A stretch of DNA of 64,000 nucleotides from Octopus vulgaris (taxonomy: Eukaryota). Under the pieces are notes generated by a model. That model searched no databases. It saw only the letters and a program-made list of their open reading frames with translations, and had not been told where the DNA came from. The position numbers and the translations under genes were made by a program. The stretch lies in assembly GCA_951406725.2 (NCBI GenBank), contig OX597823.1, positions 29,822,001 to 29,886,000 of the forward strand, in the 5' to 3' direction. The stretch's first letter is position 1. Every line of letters begins with the position of its first letter. Shown here piece after piece: positions 1 through 13,366 of the stretch.

Positions 1-178
1 AAATAGGTATTTCGTCTGTCGCTACGTTTTGAGTTCAAATTCCGCCGAGGTCGACTTTGCCTTTCTTCCTTTCGGGGTCGATAAATTACGCATTGGGGTC
101 GATCTAATCGACTTAATCCGTTTGTCTGTCCTTGTTTGTCCCCTCAATATTTAGCTCCTTGTGGGCAATAAAGAAATA
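1..178 (+). mobile_element. tRNA-derived SINE family 1 (octopus-type), partial copy cut by window edge
   Basis: Core GAGTTCAAATTCCGCCGAGGTCGACTTTGCCTTTC..CTTTCGGGGTCGATAAA (B-box-like GTTCAAATTCC) shared with many copies in the window. Confidence 0.85.
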
Positions 179-241
179 ACAATCAATATTCTGATATTAT
201 TTTTTTCTGAGCCAAATTTTAAACTTTAAACTTTAAAATTA

Positions 242-890
<649 letters not shown>

Positions 891-992
891 TTTTAAAATT
901 ATAATTCTTTTTTTTTTGTGTAATTGGTTTATTCATCAATAGAAACGCTTCTGAAACAGCTGTTGAAAACATTAACCCACTTGCGTTCACTT

Positions 993-1026
<34 letters not shown>

Positions 1027-1489
1027 CGTATGTGAGTGTGTGTATGTGTGTATGTATGTGTGCGTGTGCGTGCGCGTATATATATATCTGTATGTGTATA
1101 TATGCCGACATGCATAATATGCATATAATATATAATTAATTATAAGTAAATATATATTTTTTGTCACAATATTTTCATTGCACAATTTTGCCTAATTCAT
1201 GGAAATGGAAGCCGAATATTTAGCCATCATGTGTGTCACATGATAGCCGTGGATAAATTTTTAAAATTTTGAAATATTCGTGGGAAGTGATGTTCTTAGT
1301 GCAACAGTTCTGTTTTATTTTTTATTTTCGAATTTACCAGCAAATGAAATAAAATTGTGTTAGGAGATCATTATGGTTTTCTTGAGGCAGTTTGATAAAG
1401 AATGAAAAATAACAGCGAAGACGGAGAGCTCCTTACAATGCCAAAAGGGAAAAGTTTTAATAATCTTTATTCTCAGGGCCAGTACTATA

Positions 1490-1757
1490 CAGACTCATAG
1501 TTGTCTGCCCTTTTTTTTATACCTAAGGACCCTTTTGATTCTTGTTTTACCCAGATGAATCCTCATAACCATTCGATGTTCAAGGATGAAATATATAAAC
1601 GAATAAAAGAATATATTTATGCCTAAATATTATTAGGAATTGTATAAAATATTTTGTGTATTGTAGAATTATGACTAATTTTATTGTAGATAAATTTAAA
1701 CAACAAAATCTCAAAAAGACCCCCAATGATCATATGAAGCACGGTTGAGAATCGCTG
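1490..1757. mobile_element. degenerate hAT/Charlie-like MITE remnant
   Basis: Right end GGTTGAGAATCGCTG followed by ATATAGAC resembles Charlie-type ends and target. Left end poorly preserved. Confidence 0.35.
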
Positions 1758-1784
1758 ATATAGACATTTCTTGACTGTTAATTT

Positions 1785-1814
1785 CTGATGATGAGCCTTT
1801 GTGCTCGAAATATT
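1785..1814 (+). ncRNA. degenerate minimal hammerhead-like motif
   Basis: CTGATGA-T-GAGC-ctttgt-GCTC-GAAATATT. Stem I not convincing. Confidence 0.4.
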
Positions 1815-2133
1815 TTAATATTAGGAGACTTTTTTTCTTTTCACAATGTAAGAAACTCTGCGTCTTCACAATTCTATTATTTTACTTAAAATTGTCTTAG
1901 TTTTACAAAGATGACCGATCCGTTATATTTGTTCCGCAGAAGAATCATTCTCTGTTTTAGGTTTGATATCCCATTAATTTTGTTGTGTGGATTTTGCTAG
2001 AATTTTTGCTGGGAAAACTTCTTTTCTTGAAATAGCCGAAAGTGTGAAACGATAAAGAAGCCAAGAGCTTGGCCCGGACTCTGTTTGTCCCTATTAATTT
2101 TGATTATAATTTCTTTTTCCTGGAATCATCTCT

Positions 2134-2170
2134 AGTATCCGATGAAGGACTATTTCCGAAACGTCATACT
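2134..2170 (+). ncRNA. minimal type I hammerhead motif (U4>C variant) in PLE-like terminus
   Basis: AGTAT-CCGATGA-A-GGA ctatt TCC-GAAAC-GTC-ATACT: 5-bp stem I, 3-bp stem II, GUC site. Element runs into (TA)n at about 2225. Confidence 0.65.
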
Positions 2171-2984
2171 CTACTCTTTCCGTTCCTCCTTGAGTGTCAA
2201 ACTGAGTTGTATGCATGTATGTCGTATATATATATATATATATGCGCGCACACACACACACACACACGACACATGCACATGCATCATACACGCACATATA
2301 TACAATTAGGTAAATAATTCTAGGCAAAAGCGTCCAGTGTAGCACATACACACACCTCGTTTTCTTATGCAACCCAGCGAAGGCACAACCATTTCTATTG
2401 CCATGACACTACATATATTATTAATTACAGAGCTAAGCTAATCACTTGCTACATTTTATTATCTACACTGAACTTGGAAGTTTGCAGACTTTAATGAAAT
2501 ATTTCTGTATTATAAGTTGTACAAATGTATTGATTAAAATGTATTATGAATTGCAATGCCTTTACCTTCTGTATTTAATAATTAATATAAAAGAAAAGAT
2601 TCATATTCAATGAGACACTGGACACCGCATTCAAAGAGCCCCATCTTTCCCTATTATATACCACACACTTTATAGATCATTTCGTCATGTAGTCGTAGAT
2701 TTTGACTTTAATGAGTTTCCTTAAAACCCTCTGGATTTTTCGATTGTCCTGCCCTTTCCCGATCAATTTTCTGGCTCTGCTCTCTCTCATTCTACAACCG
2801 TTCTCTCTCTCTCTCACACTATTAAATATTTGATATTTAATAGGCACGTGACTGTGTGTATGTGAGCGAGCGCATGTGTGTATGTACGTGGGTATGGATG
2901 TTTGTGTGAATGTGCGTGTATGTGTGTGTGCGGGCGTGCATGTACATACGTGTATGTATATGTATGCAGATGTGTGTATATGTT

Positions 2985-3017
<33 letters not shown>

Positions 3018-3303
3018 ACATATATATGTCAACATGCCAACACATAGATATAAATATATATGTATGTATATATATATGTATATGTATAATTATATAAATG
3101 TATATAAATATATACACACATACATATTTGTGTGTGTATGTGCGTGGGAGACGTGCGCGAAAGTGTTATAGAAGGACGCTATTAAATCATAGCACAAGCA
3201 TTCAGCTCCGAGTGCAATGATTGTTTTGGCAGAAACAACTGAAAGCTAATGAAAGTGATTACGTAACTGTGTTCTTTTGCCATTGATTAATTCATACGCA
3301 CTC

Positions 3304-3349
<46 letters not shown>

Positions 3350-3457
3350 ACACACACACACACACACATATATATTCAAACATGAAATAGAAATAGAAAC
3401 AGCGCTAGTGTACTAAACATTTTCAACTACGTATACTGAATGTATACGAACAGTGTA

Positions 3458-3720
3458 TTTGCCGGTAGGCTGCGAGTTACGTGATGGAGAATACTCTCTC
3501 AAAGCACCCGGTTTTAAAACATCTGAAAGGCATCGATCTGCGATCATGTTCAGGTAAGTGATGTTCATAAGCCACAAAAGTAGCGAAACAACCATGTCTT
3601 TCATTCCTAGATGGGATTAGAAGTGAGTTATCTCACCTGTCCATGAATTTCAGGTGCTTTTAATACCCGGCACTTTGAGAGAGTATTCTTCACTACGCTA
3701 TTCGCAGTCTAACGGCAAAC
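3458..3720. repeat. imperfect ~70-bp inverted repeat (MITE/foldback relic)
   Basis: 3458-3528 (..GAGAATACTCTCTCAAAG..) complementary to 3648-3720 (..CTTTGAGAGAGTATTCTTC..). Confidence 0.7.
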
Positions 3721-3830
3721 ACGTGGGGCAGCATTAACGGAGCACGTAAGTATATGTGGCTGAGAACGTCCACACACACACACACACACGCACACACACA
3801 CATATATATATACATATATATATATATAAA

Positions 3831-4038
3831 GTTAATCCAAACATGAAAACATAAAGAGAAAACACAACAACGCGAGGACGTGGAACAAGTATAGTATTAT
3901 TGGACGCTCAGGAAAGAAGGAAAGAACGAGGGTTTAACTTTTCGAGCGGAGCTCTTCGTCAGAAATATAGGAAAAGGAAAGATCCAAAGAACGGAAAACG
4001 GAGGAAAAAAAATCGCCAACGGTACACACGCGGTCACA
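3831..4038 (-). mobile_element. PLE-like terminal fragment with minimal hammerhead (3932-3966)
   Basis: Minus strand TTT-CTGACGA-A-GAGC tcc GCTC-GAAAAGTT-AAAC. 3' end abuts (TA)n. Truncated copies at 4506-4580 and 29817-29870. Confidence 0.65.
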
Positions 4039-4185
4039 ACCGAACAACTAAGGGATAGTACCTATCCAATATACAGCTAGTACTGTACCCACTTATTCAT
4101 ACCCATGTGCTGGTTATTGCTTGGCAATCTCGTAATTGAGTGTTATATATAGGCGGGGCTAAAAAGTGGTTTACACTTAATTTAT

Positions 4186-4289
4186 ACGGCAAATAAGAAA
4201 ATGGAGAGGATACAAAAATGACATATATCAGCTGGTAGACATTCTAGTATGTAATTCATTATTGTATCCTCTCCATTTTCTTATTTGCC

Positions 4290-4291
<2 letters not shown>
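4186..4291. repeat. perfect 30-bp inverted repeat hairpin
   Basis: ACGGCAAATAAGAAAATGGAGAGGATACAA (4186-4215) vs its reverse complement at 4262-4291. Partial third copy at 4466-4488. Confidence 0.9.
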
Positions 4292-4364
<73 letters not shown>

Positions 4365-4690
4365 AACGTGGTATACTACCTTCTCCGTTGTTTATTTATC
4401 GGTTTAGTAAATAAATAAATAAGTTAACATAATATAATGTCTAAAAGTTGATGAACCACCTCTTGATCCTCTCCATTTTCTTATTGCTATATATATATAT
4501 ATATAGTTAATCCAAACAAGAAAACACAGAAAAAACACAGCAACGCGAGGACGTGGAACAATTAAAGTATTATTTGACGCTATATATATATATATAAGAT
4601 AGAGACAGCTGTTCTCGGTATAGAATTCAATCACAAGGGCTCAAGAGATTTGAATTTGAGCCGGTAGGTGAGTAAATGTAAGGACAAACA

Positions 4691-5182
4691 AGTTAGGCAA
4701 ACCGATTTACACACATTATTAAATATATTTAATAGAAAAAAATGTACATGTGTATGGATAGACTTGCAGACTATAAATAATATCAGGAGTAAATGGGTAG
4801 AGTTTTATTAGTCCAACAACTGTTTCTGGGACCTTGGTGGTCCAGGATACTTAGAGTTACTTGGATCCATTATCGGATAACACCGCCATCAGAGGATAAT
4901 TTTACATTGGAGAATTTTACATTTGTGGTGTTGACAGAATGGAGTTTAAAGATAGAAAATTAATCCCCTGAAAACGAAGACGGCGTTATCCAATAATGGA
5001 TCCAAGTAACTATTATTATTTCGGACAATCAAGCCCCCAGAAACAGCTGTCGGACTCGTAAAACTCTATCGATTTAACTGTTGATATCATTTATATTCTC
5101 TAAGTCGGATTATTTTATATCCATACACATTTTTTCTATTAAATATATTTGATATTCTGTGTAAACCGACTTGCCTGACTTA
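4691..5182. repeat. ~200-bp-arm imperfect foldback, probably an inverted pair of PLE-like termini
   Basis: 4691-4900 complementary to 4958-5182. Right arm has the palindromic GAAACAGCTGTC stem-III motif. Confidence 0.7.
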
Positions 5183-5240
5183 CTTCTCATTACATTTACT
5201 CATATGTGTGTGAGTGTGTGTGCGTGTGTGTGCGTGTGCG

Positions 5241-5272
<32 letters not shown>

Positions 5273-5363
5273 AGTGTGTGTATGTGTATGTATATATATA
5301 TATATATATGCATACACACATGCTTACATACAGAAACAGACATAATTTCTCTATTTCTCTCTT

Positions 5364-5404
<41 letters not shown>

Positions 5405-5705
5405 AACACACAAAACACACACACACACAAACGCACAATATGGCCACCTATTCGGAATTGTAACTTGCTCCAGTGGAACAAACTGTGATGCAGTTTGGGT
5501 AATTGCTTATTCCCCAGCCGCTTCCCCTCTCCGCCACCATCCAGCTACACACCTACACATCACACCACCTCGCGTCTCCATTGTCAACACCTACCCCAAC
5601 ACTCTTCATTATTCTCATTTCATATCCTGCTCGCGGCGCATTAAACACCCAAAGCTATTCAAACGTATCTGCCACAAAATGCTGATCACAATCGTATACA
5701 TTATA

Positions 5706-5765
<60 letters not shown>

Positions 5766-5854
5766 CGTATGTGTGTGTGTGGGGTGTGTGCATGTGTGTA
5801 TTTATTTATTTATACATATATGCATACATCTACAGTTCACACTTACACATATGC

Positions 5855-5885
<31 letters not shown>

Positions 5886-5962
5886 TATACGCACTAATTA
5901 TCATACACGAGCATTGATATAGATGTATACGTTAATATAGGTATGTGTGCGCATGCCTATTA

Positions 5963-6065
<103 letters not shown>

Positions 6066-6274
6066 TGTATGCATATGAGTTTTTGTGTGTGTGCGCCTGT
6101 CTGTGCATATGGTATAAATATTTATGAGTAAATATATATAACATATATAAATAAATTTATATGCATGCATATACAAATATATGTATATGTATACATGTAT
6201 ATATACATACATACATACATACATACATGCATATATACATATATGCAATAATACATATATAAATACATACGTAT

Positions 6275-6360
6275 AGCCAAGGCTGTGAGGAGTTTTCAGG
6301 ACATTTATAAGGAAAAATATCTATACCTTTTACCTAATAAAACTTCTCACAGCCTTGGCT
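6275..6360. repeat. 22-bp inverted repeat hairpin
   Basis: AGCCAAGGCTGTGAGGAGTTTT vs AAAACTTCTCACAGCCTTGGCT (1 mismatch). Confidence 0.8.
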
Positions 6361-6421
6361 TTGTTATCTTATTTTGACTAACACACAAACACACACACAC
6401 ACACAAAAAAACACACACACG

Positions 6422-6502
<81 letters not shown>

Positions 6503-6504
<2 letters not shown>

Positions 6505-6785
6505 AAAATATAAAAATGGGACAAGAACGAAAAACATCAAGACAGTTAGGTGATACAAAAAAGGGACAACAAAACATCGAGATAGACGATACAAAGAAAC
6601 AAGGACGAGTCATTCGAAGTTGTCTTTCCTCAGTCGAGTTGCAGATTATCTTTGCAATTTCGGCTGGTTATACTCGAAATTGCTCCAATCTGGCCAGTCC
6701 CTAAGCTAAGAGCACTAGATTCCTTGGAAGAAAGCAGCGAAGTGAATGTATATGAAAACAAGGACTGAAAAAAACGGAGAAATGT

Positions 6786-6790
<5 letters not shown>
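6503..6790 (-). mobile_element. dispersed repeat inserted in microsatellite (PLE-terminus-like family)
   Basis: Clearly similar copies at 21955-22260 (same orientation) and 31640-31918 (opposite). Always flanked by (TA)n/(TG)n. Degenerate CTGARGA..CGAAT motif. Confidence 0.7.
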
Positions 6791-6879
<89 letters not shown>

Positions 6880-7173
6880 TGTATATATGTATGTATGTAC
6901 GTTTGCATATACATAAATACATACATACACACACACACGCACATATATATATATATATGTATGTAGGTATATATACTTATACATATACATACACTCACAC
7001 ACACACACACATACACATATATATATATATATAAATACACGCATATACAACAACTACGCACATTTATATATGTGTATGTGTATGTGTGTATAAACCAAAA
7101 TGGCATTCTTAGACTGCCCACCCACAAAATTTTCATCAAATAGCTTCGCCCACCATTGTGGCAACAACTTCAA

Positions 7174-7228
<55 letters not shown>

Positions 7229-7241
7229 CTGTGTCTGTGTC

Positions 7242-7297
<56 letters not shown>

Positions 7298-8689
7298 TGT
7301 AGTAGTAGTAGTGGCTGTTTGCTAATGCAGGCGGCCTCTCTACGCCGTGCCAGAGATGTCAGGGCTCATTCATTATCTAATTAACTTTTCGAGATATTTA
7401 TTAATAATTAATATGTTAATAATGAGGAAGATAGAGGGGATCCGTTGGTGATGTGGTGGAGTAGCGTCGTTGTTCTTGTTGCTGTTGCTGTTTCGCACAC
7501 CCCGCTCAAATATGATTGAGCAGACCTATGATGGTGGACACCCCAACCGTGACTGCCCTGTTTGACTTTAAGGGAATATAGAACAGTCACATTCTGATGA
7601 CCATTTTCCTTATATAAAGCCAGAGAGGTTGATTTGTAAGAGATTCGGCTGTTATTTCTAGCAGGTCGAACCCTAGTGTTAGTGTTAATGTTACTGGTGG
7701 TGGGCAAGTGGAAGAAGTGGTGGTGATGATGTGGCTATGGATGTTTAGACATGTCCAGCCGTAGCCATCCCGTCTCTTTCTGGTGTGTAATAACTCCAGG
7801 ACAACATTACCCAAAGTATCATTTTCTGAAACTTGAAGGTGATTTGGCTGATATTTCTAGCAAGTCCAGAGCCCACATAGGAACTCCTTTGTTTCGTCTC
7901 ACAGATAGTGGTGGTGTTGGTGGTGGTTTTGGTGGTGGTAGTAGTGGCATTAAAGTACTGGTCAACGTTCTGGTGGTGGTAGTGGTGGTGGTGGTGGTGG
8001 TGGTGATATAGGAGTTGTGATGGGACGGTAACATTGGTGGGAATATCAAACGTTACTAAATGCAGTTTTGGTGGTAACTGAAGGTACATACGTTGCGTTT
8101 GTATGTATCAGGAACGAAACCAAGAGTGGGGCGAAGGGTGAGGGGAACGTGCCCCTCTCAAGAAAAGAAGTGCGCCCTTCTAAATAATGTTATTATGCTT
8201 TTTTTCTCCTAGAATTGTATTCCTTTCTTAAATATTTGTTTAAGTTTACCGATAATGGTCTTTTTAACATACCGAAAACTACTTGGTGAAATTTTTAATT
8301 ATTAATTAATTTATTTATTTTACCCTTTACTATTATTGATAATATAATTCTGTCCCTGATAATAAACTACAGCTTTTTCTGTAGAATTTTTTACTCGACA
8401 ACACACGTGGGTAGGCGAGGGAGAATACGGGACCTCATTCGTATGTTTTGAATTCGTCGGTACTGGTCATGGATATAGTTTGTCTGATGTTACTTGAGTC
8501 GGACAGGTATGTTCCGTTTTTTCAGTGCTCTCAAATTTAAAATCCTGAAATACTGTGCTGAGGAGGAAAATTATTAGAATGGAAATATGATTCTTGCATT
8601 TTTCATATCTATCTAATTCCGAAACACGTCCACAGTTAATCAAATGCCGAGTGAATTTCGTTGTTTTTCCTCTCTGCCTACGTGAATTG

Positions 8690-8875
8690 TTTTTGAGTAT
8701 ATATTGTCTGCAACAAAAATGTACTAAGTACGAGTACATGGAATATGAACTATTTTTTTCGAACAACGAAAGACCCAATTGGAAAACAAAACAAACAACA
8801 TAAAGAACGACCCTTCATCAGTTGTTGGCTATTTTTCTACTCCAGTATTTCGAGCATTTAACAACAATATACACT
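8690..8875 (-). mobile_element. dispersed repeat, PLE-terminus-like family with ACAACTGATGAAGGG motif
   Basis: Related to plus-strand copies at 42300-42485 and 51280-51390, which end in GTCCTGTACCCATATA. Confidence 0.45.
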
Positions 8876-9428
8876 TTCGATAAAACAGTTCGTGTGTTGT
8901 GATATATTTTGCTGAAGGATATAACTCGTTCAGTTTATTCCCGAACTACACAGCCTGATGCGCTGTGTGTAGCCTAAGGAACTTATATTTGGTTTATTGC
9001 TTTCATCACGACAGTAACAATTCACATTAGATTTATGCATCTCAAGACATATACACAAGTTATTCTAAGGTCTGTTTTTTTTCACTTTTTATGTGTTTAC
9101 CATCAAAAATTCCCGTTAGCTTCAAGCAGTGTTGGAATTTCTATGACTATTGATCAGTGGAGAAGAAATTAGATTCCTACCACCAGAAATACTGGAATTT
9201 CCACAATCATTGATAATGGATAACAAGGTAAAGTGGTCGATGCTTTTTGGTTATCTCACCCCCATTAAAAAAACCGGGTTTTCTCCCCATTAAAAATTTG
9301 AATTTATATGGTGACAAAAGATTGGATTAAAAGAGTTAAATTCTATTGATTCAATATTTCAACACATTGTTGACTTTTGATCCCTTCAATAGGTAAGCGA
9401 TGGTGGGGAGACAAACACAGACGCACAA

Positions 9429-9542
<114 letters not shown>

Positions 9543-9559
9543 GTATATATGTGTGTGTA

Positions 9560-9770
9560 TGTTTGTGTGTCTGTCTTTGGCCCCCTTACATCGCTTGTCA
9601 ACCGATGCTGGTGTGTTTACGTCCCCGTAACTTGGCGGTTCTGCAAAAGAGACCGATAGAATAAGTAATAGGCTTACAAAGAATAAGTTCTGGGGTCGAT
9701 TTGTTCGACTAAATGCAGTGCTCCAGCATGGCAGCAGTCAAACGACTGAAACGAATAAAAGATTAAAAGA
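9560..9770 (+). mobile_element. SINE family 2 (CORE-like), 3' half
   Basis: CAACCGATGCTGGTGTGTTTACGTCCCCGTAACTT...CAGCATGGC..AGTCAAA.GACTGAAAC tail shared with 11297-11705. Confidence 0.85.
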
Positions 9771-9939
9771 GTAAGAGATTCAAAAATATGTTTAATCTTT
9801 TCAGTTTTCATTTTTATTAAGGTTTTTATTTTTTGTTTTGTTTTATTGGGGGGGATTAGTCAATTTTTTCAGTTGTGTGAGATAACCAAAAATACCGATA
9901 TTTTTCGGTACCAAGTACCAAGGTTGTTTGACAGTTAGC

Positions 9940-10157
9940 TCTTTTCTACTCTAGGCACAAAGCCCGAAATTTTTGAGGAGGGAGCCAGTCGATTAGATCG
10001 ACCGCAGTGCGCAATTGGTACTTAATTTATCGACCCCGAAAGGATGAAAGGCAAAGTCGATGTCGGCGGAATTTGAACTCGGAACGTAAAGACAGACGAA
10101 CTACCGCTAAGCATTTCGCCCAGCATGCTGACGTATCTGCCAGCTAACTTACCGCCT
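9940..10157 (-). mobile_element. SINE family 1, monomeric copy with TSD
   Basis: Head+core+tail B. Flanked by TGTTTGACAGTTAGCT / TGTTTGACATTTAACT. Confidence 0.88.
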
Positions 10158-10494
10158 TATGTTTGACATTTAACTGTCTTGAAGCTTACCGTCACCCATC
10201 ACGGGTTCATTGTACTGTCGGGGATCAGATAGATGATACCAGCAATCTCTACGGGACATGTCACCTCTTTATAAATTCTACGAGCTGCCATTAGGCATGT
10301 ATAAACTATGCTAACAAAGGTATATATGTACAAATGAACAGGAACAGATACACACATACGTGTTCATACCACAGACACACACATACACGAGCCGTGGTCT
10401 TCATTGTTTATTAAAAATTTTCACGCAGCTCACCTGATTGATGCTTCTCCTTGAGCAGTTCAGGGTGCTGAATTTGTTGTTAATCTCTACGTTG

Positions 10495-10873
10495 TCTATA
10501 TCTATAAAACAGCCCTTGGACGAAATTTGTATGCATATTTTGCTTTGACGGTTAATGGCGGCCAAACCGAGGCTAGGATCGAACTGAAAATCGGCAGGAA
10601 TACTAAATGCGTGGCGAGGATGAGACCCGCGAAGGTTAAAATTCGCAAGCTATAAAGACGTGGTTGCTATAGCAAAAAGAGTGAAAAGTCATCGTCTTTA
10701 AATGGACTTTCACAAGTGTTTGTTGTTTCTCCCTTACGGTTATCACCCTTTCTTCTTCCATCTCTCTCTTTCCCCCTTTCCTCCCTTTATCTCTATAACG
10801 GCTTTTGACAGCTTCTACTCACTCTCTTTCCCTCTCCGTATTCGCTGTCTCTCTATCGCTCTTTCTCTCCCAG

Positions 10874-10925
<52 letters not shown>

Positions 10926-11477
10926 CGTTGTTCTGTATCTATAGAGAGAAAGCGTTGGCAGCCGTAAGTGTGATTAATGGAGAGGACTAAAATAGGAAAT
11001 AATTATATTGTGTCGGAAATATATTTCACTCTCTTGAAGTTTAAATATTCCCACTACAGGGTTTTTACAACGGTGAATTATTATCGCCCACCATCACCGC
11101 ACAGATATTCATTATGTTAATTTATATATATATATAAAGTGTATATATCGATATCTGAATATATATCTGTGTGTGTATATATATATAATGTGTATACATA
11201 TGCATACATAATGTGTATAGATATGTGTGTATGTATATAATGCGTATATATGTGCATATATATTTAATGCATATGTATATATATAATGTGTGCATAGGCG
11301 CAGGAGTGGCTGTGTGGTAAGTAGCTTGCTAACCAACCACATGGTTCCGGGTTCAGTCCCACTGCGTGTCTTCTGCTATAGCCCCGGGCCGACCAATGCC
11401 TTGTGAGTGGATTTGGTAGACGGAAACTGAAAGAACCCTGTCGTATATATGTATATATATATATGTATGTGTGTGTT

Positions 11478-11510
<33 letters not shown>

Positions 11511-11941
11511 TTGTCCCCCTAGCATTGCTTGACAACCGATGCTGGTGTGTTTACGTCCCCGTCACTTAGTGGTTCGGCGGAAGAGACCGATAGAATAAGT
11601 ACTGGACTTACAAAGAATAAATCCTGGGGTCGATTTGATCGACTAAAAGGCGGTGCTCCAGCATGGCCGCAGTCAAATGACTGAAACAAGTAAAAGAGAG
11701 TAAAAGAGAGTATATGTGGTCGGATTGAGCTGAAAATTTGCACACCTATGTTAAAAGTGCTGGCGAGTTTGCATAGCAATTTTGAGTTTACTCATTTGAA
11801 ATGCGTGGCCTCCAGATCAACATTCTTTATCTTTTAAAATGTGGCCCGCGTAGACCCAAATGAAACTGGGTTATAATACCGAAACAAGTAAAACAACAAT
11901 AAACTATTTTAATCCCGAGCAAAGTCGGGTTTGTCTTCTAG
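10495..11941 (+). mobile_element. non-autonomous Helitron carrying a nested SINE
   Basis: 5' TCTATATCTATAAAA. 3' hairpin CCCGAGCAAAGTCGGG then CTAG at 11938-11941 followed by T. Confidence 0.65.
11297..11705 (+). mobile_element. SINE family 2 (tRNA head, CORE-like, internal microsatellite), near full length
   Basis: GGCGCAGGAGTGGCTGTGTGGTAAG head, GGTTCAGTCCC B-box-like, internal (TA)n(TG)n, GTAAAAGA tail. Confidence 0.88.
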
Positions 11942-12076
11942 TTAATCTCTATTTTAATCTCTATATTATAGTCTTCCAGAGTCGTTACTAACTTAAGGCT
12001 TTGAGGATTGAGCTCTAATAATTTTGTTGCTTGTGGTTTCCCTTCCAATTCTTAACATGATTGGCTTTCCCCACCA

Positions 12077-12275
12077 TCACGTGGTTCTCAGGCCGTAACG
12101 ACCGCAATCTTCACTGTCTAAGACAATCTCCCTCCTCTTGACGTTAAAGTCTCCAGCAGTCATCATAATATTCTGGCTTGGGCAGACATGAAGGGTGTCT
12201 TCCAAATTTGCAACAGAAACCTTTAATTCCGCATCATTTCCACCTACTGCGAGCCCATAAACATGGATCAAGAGA
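12077..12275 (-). pseudogene. RTE-like LINE apurinic endonuclease fragment
   Basis: IHVYG...CPSQNIMMTAGDFNVK...GRYGL resembles APE motifs (VYAPT, GDFNAK, GxYGLG). Confidence 0.7.
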
Positions 12276-12584
12276 TATTGACAAGCAAGGCTTTCAAACG
12301 CTTATATAGAGTACTCATTCGTCGATTGCTCTTAGTTGATCAATTTCTTTCGGGTGACCTTAAAGAGGATTACTTTTACATCGGTTCTGTGCACACTCGC
12401 TCCGAAGTAGCAAATAATTTGCTGTGTAGTGTTGGATGTCCCGACCCCAGTCAAATGCATCTCTGCCACACCAAAAAACGCCAATGCTGCATCGTCTCAT
12501 TTCTCGGATGATGCTGGACCATCTCGCCACTTGGTGAAGTGCCAGAACAGGACTTCACTGAATTAGGATTTGGATTTCTCACAT

Positions 12585-12755
12585 CATTAGCAGAATCTAC
12601 AGAACATCTCTGGCTGAGATGTCCGGCCCTGATGGTGGAACGCTATATCCGTCAACTAGGGGCTACAATGGATGTGATGATTCGTCTCCCTTCCTCGGCT
12701 CTAGCGCTTCTGAGAGTTATCCACAGGCGCTTGAGGTGACCAACAACAACAACAA
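12585..12755 (+). mobile_element. 5'-truncated LINE 3' end (CCHC-type C-terminus, I/Jockey-group-like) with (CAA)n tail
   Basis: ESTEHLWLRCPAL..ER motif, stop at 12739, then CAACAACAACAACAA. Confidence 0.6.
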
Positions 12756-13366
12756 GCAGCAGCATCTCCTAAGGGAGGTTGATCTCCAGTAGTTCATGGA
12801 ACAGTGAGTCATCGAGAGCGACCGTGGCTATTATCCATTATATCAAGTTGCTCAAGAAGTGTTGTCATCGATTAAGCCTGTTTCCCACAAGCCTTTCTTC
12901 CTGAGGTTGGTTGCAAAAAAATCAACAAGACAAAAACAATCAACGTCAAAAAGAGGGTGAAAACCAACATATGTCAACGACCGTCTTAATGTAGAGGGCG
13001 AACTTAAAAAATACTCTGCTCTGATGTCCGATCTGATGTGAGAAGACCACTACGAATGAAGAGCTCCGAGGCTTTTATTAAAGTATGAGTTTAGGAAAAG
13101 ATACCACAGTGTCCAGCGCTACCGTGGTGGTATAACTGGGTGGGCAGTCTGGGCTCGGCACCCTTATAAAGAGATTAAGAAGAACAACTCTGAGGATAAA
13201 CTCACACTTTATGCGAGTGCCTGTGATGAGATGGAAGATAAGGGAATCAGCGCCTGATAGCATCTTGGGTCAGAAAGGGAACTCGTGTCACACAAACTCT
13301 TCATCATGAAAAGAACATGAACGCGTAACAAATATGCAAATACAGACACACACACACACACACCTG

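Noticed and set aside
8108-8358. Short hAT-like MITE (CAGG..CCTG ends)
   Set aside because: TIR match too short and no clear 8-bp TSD.
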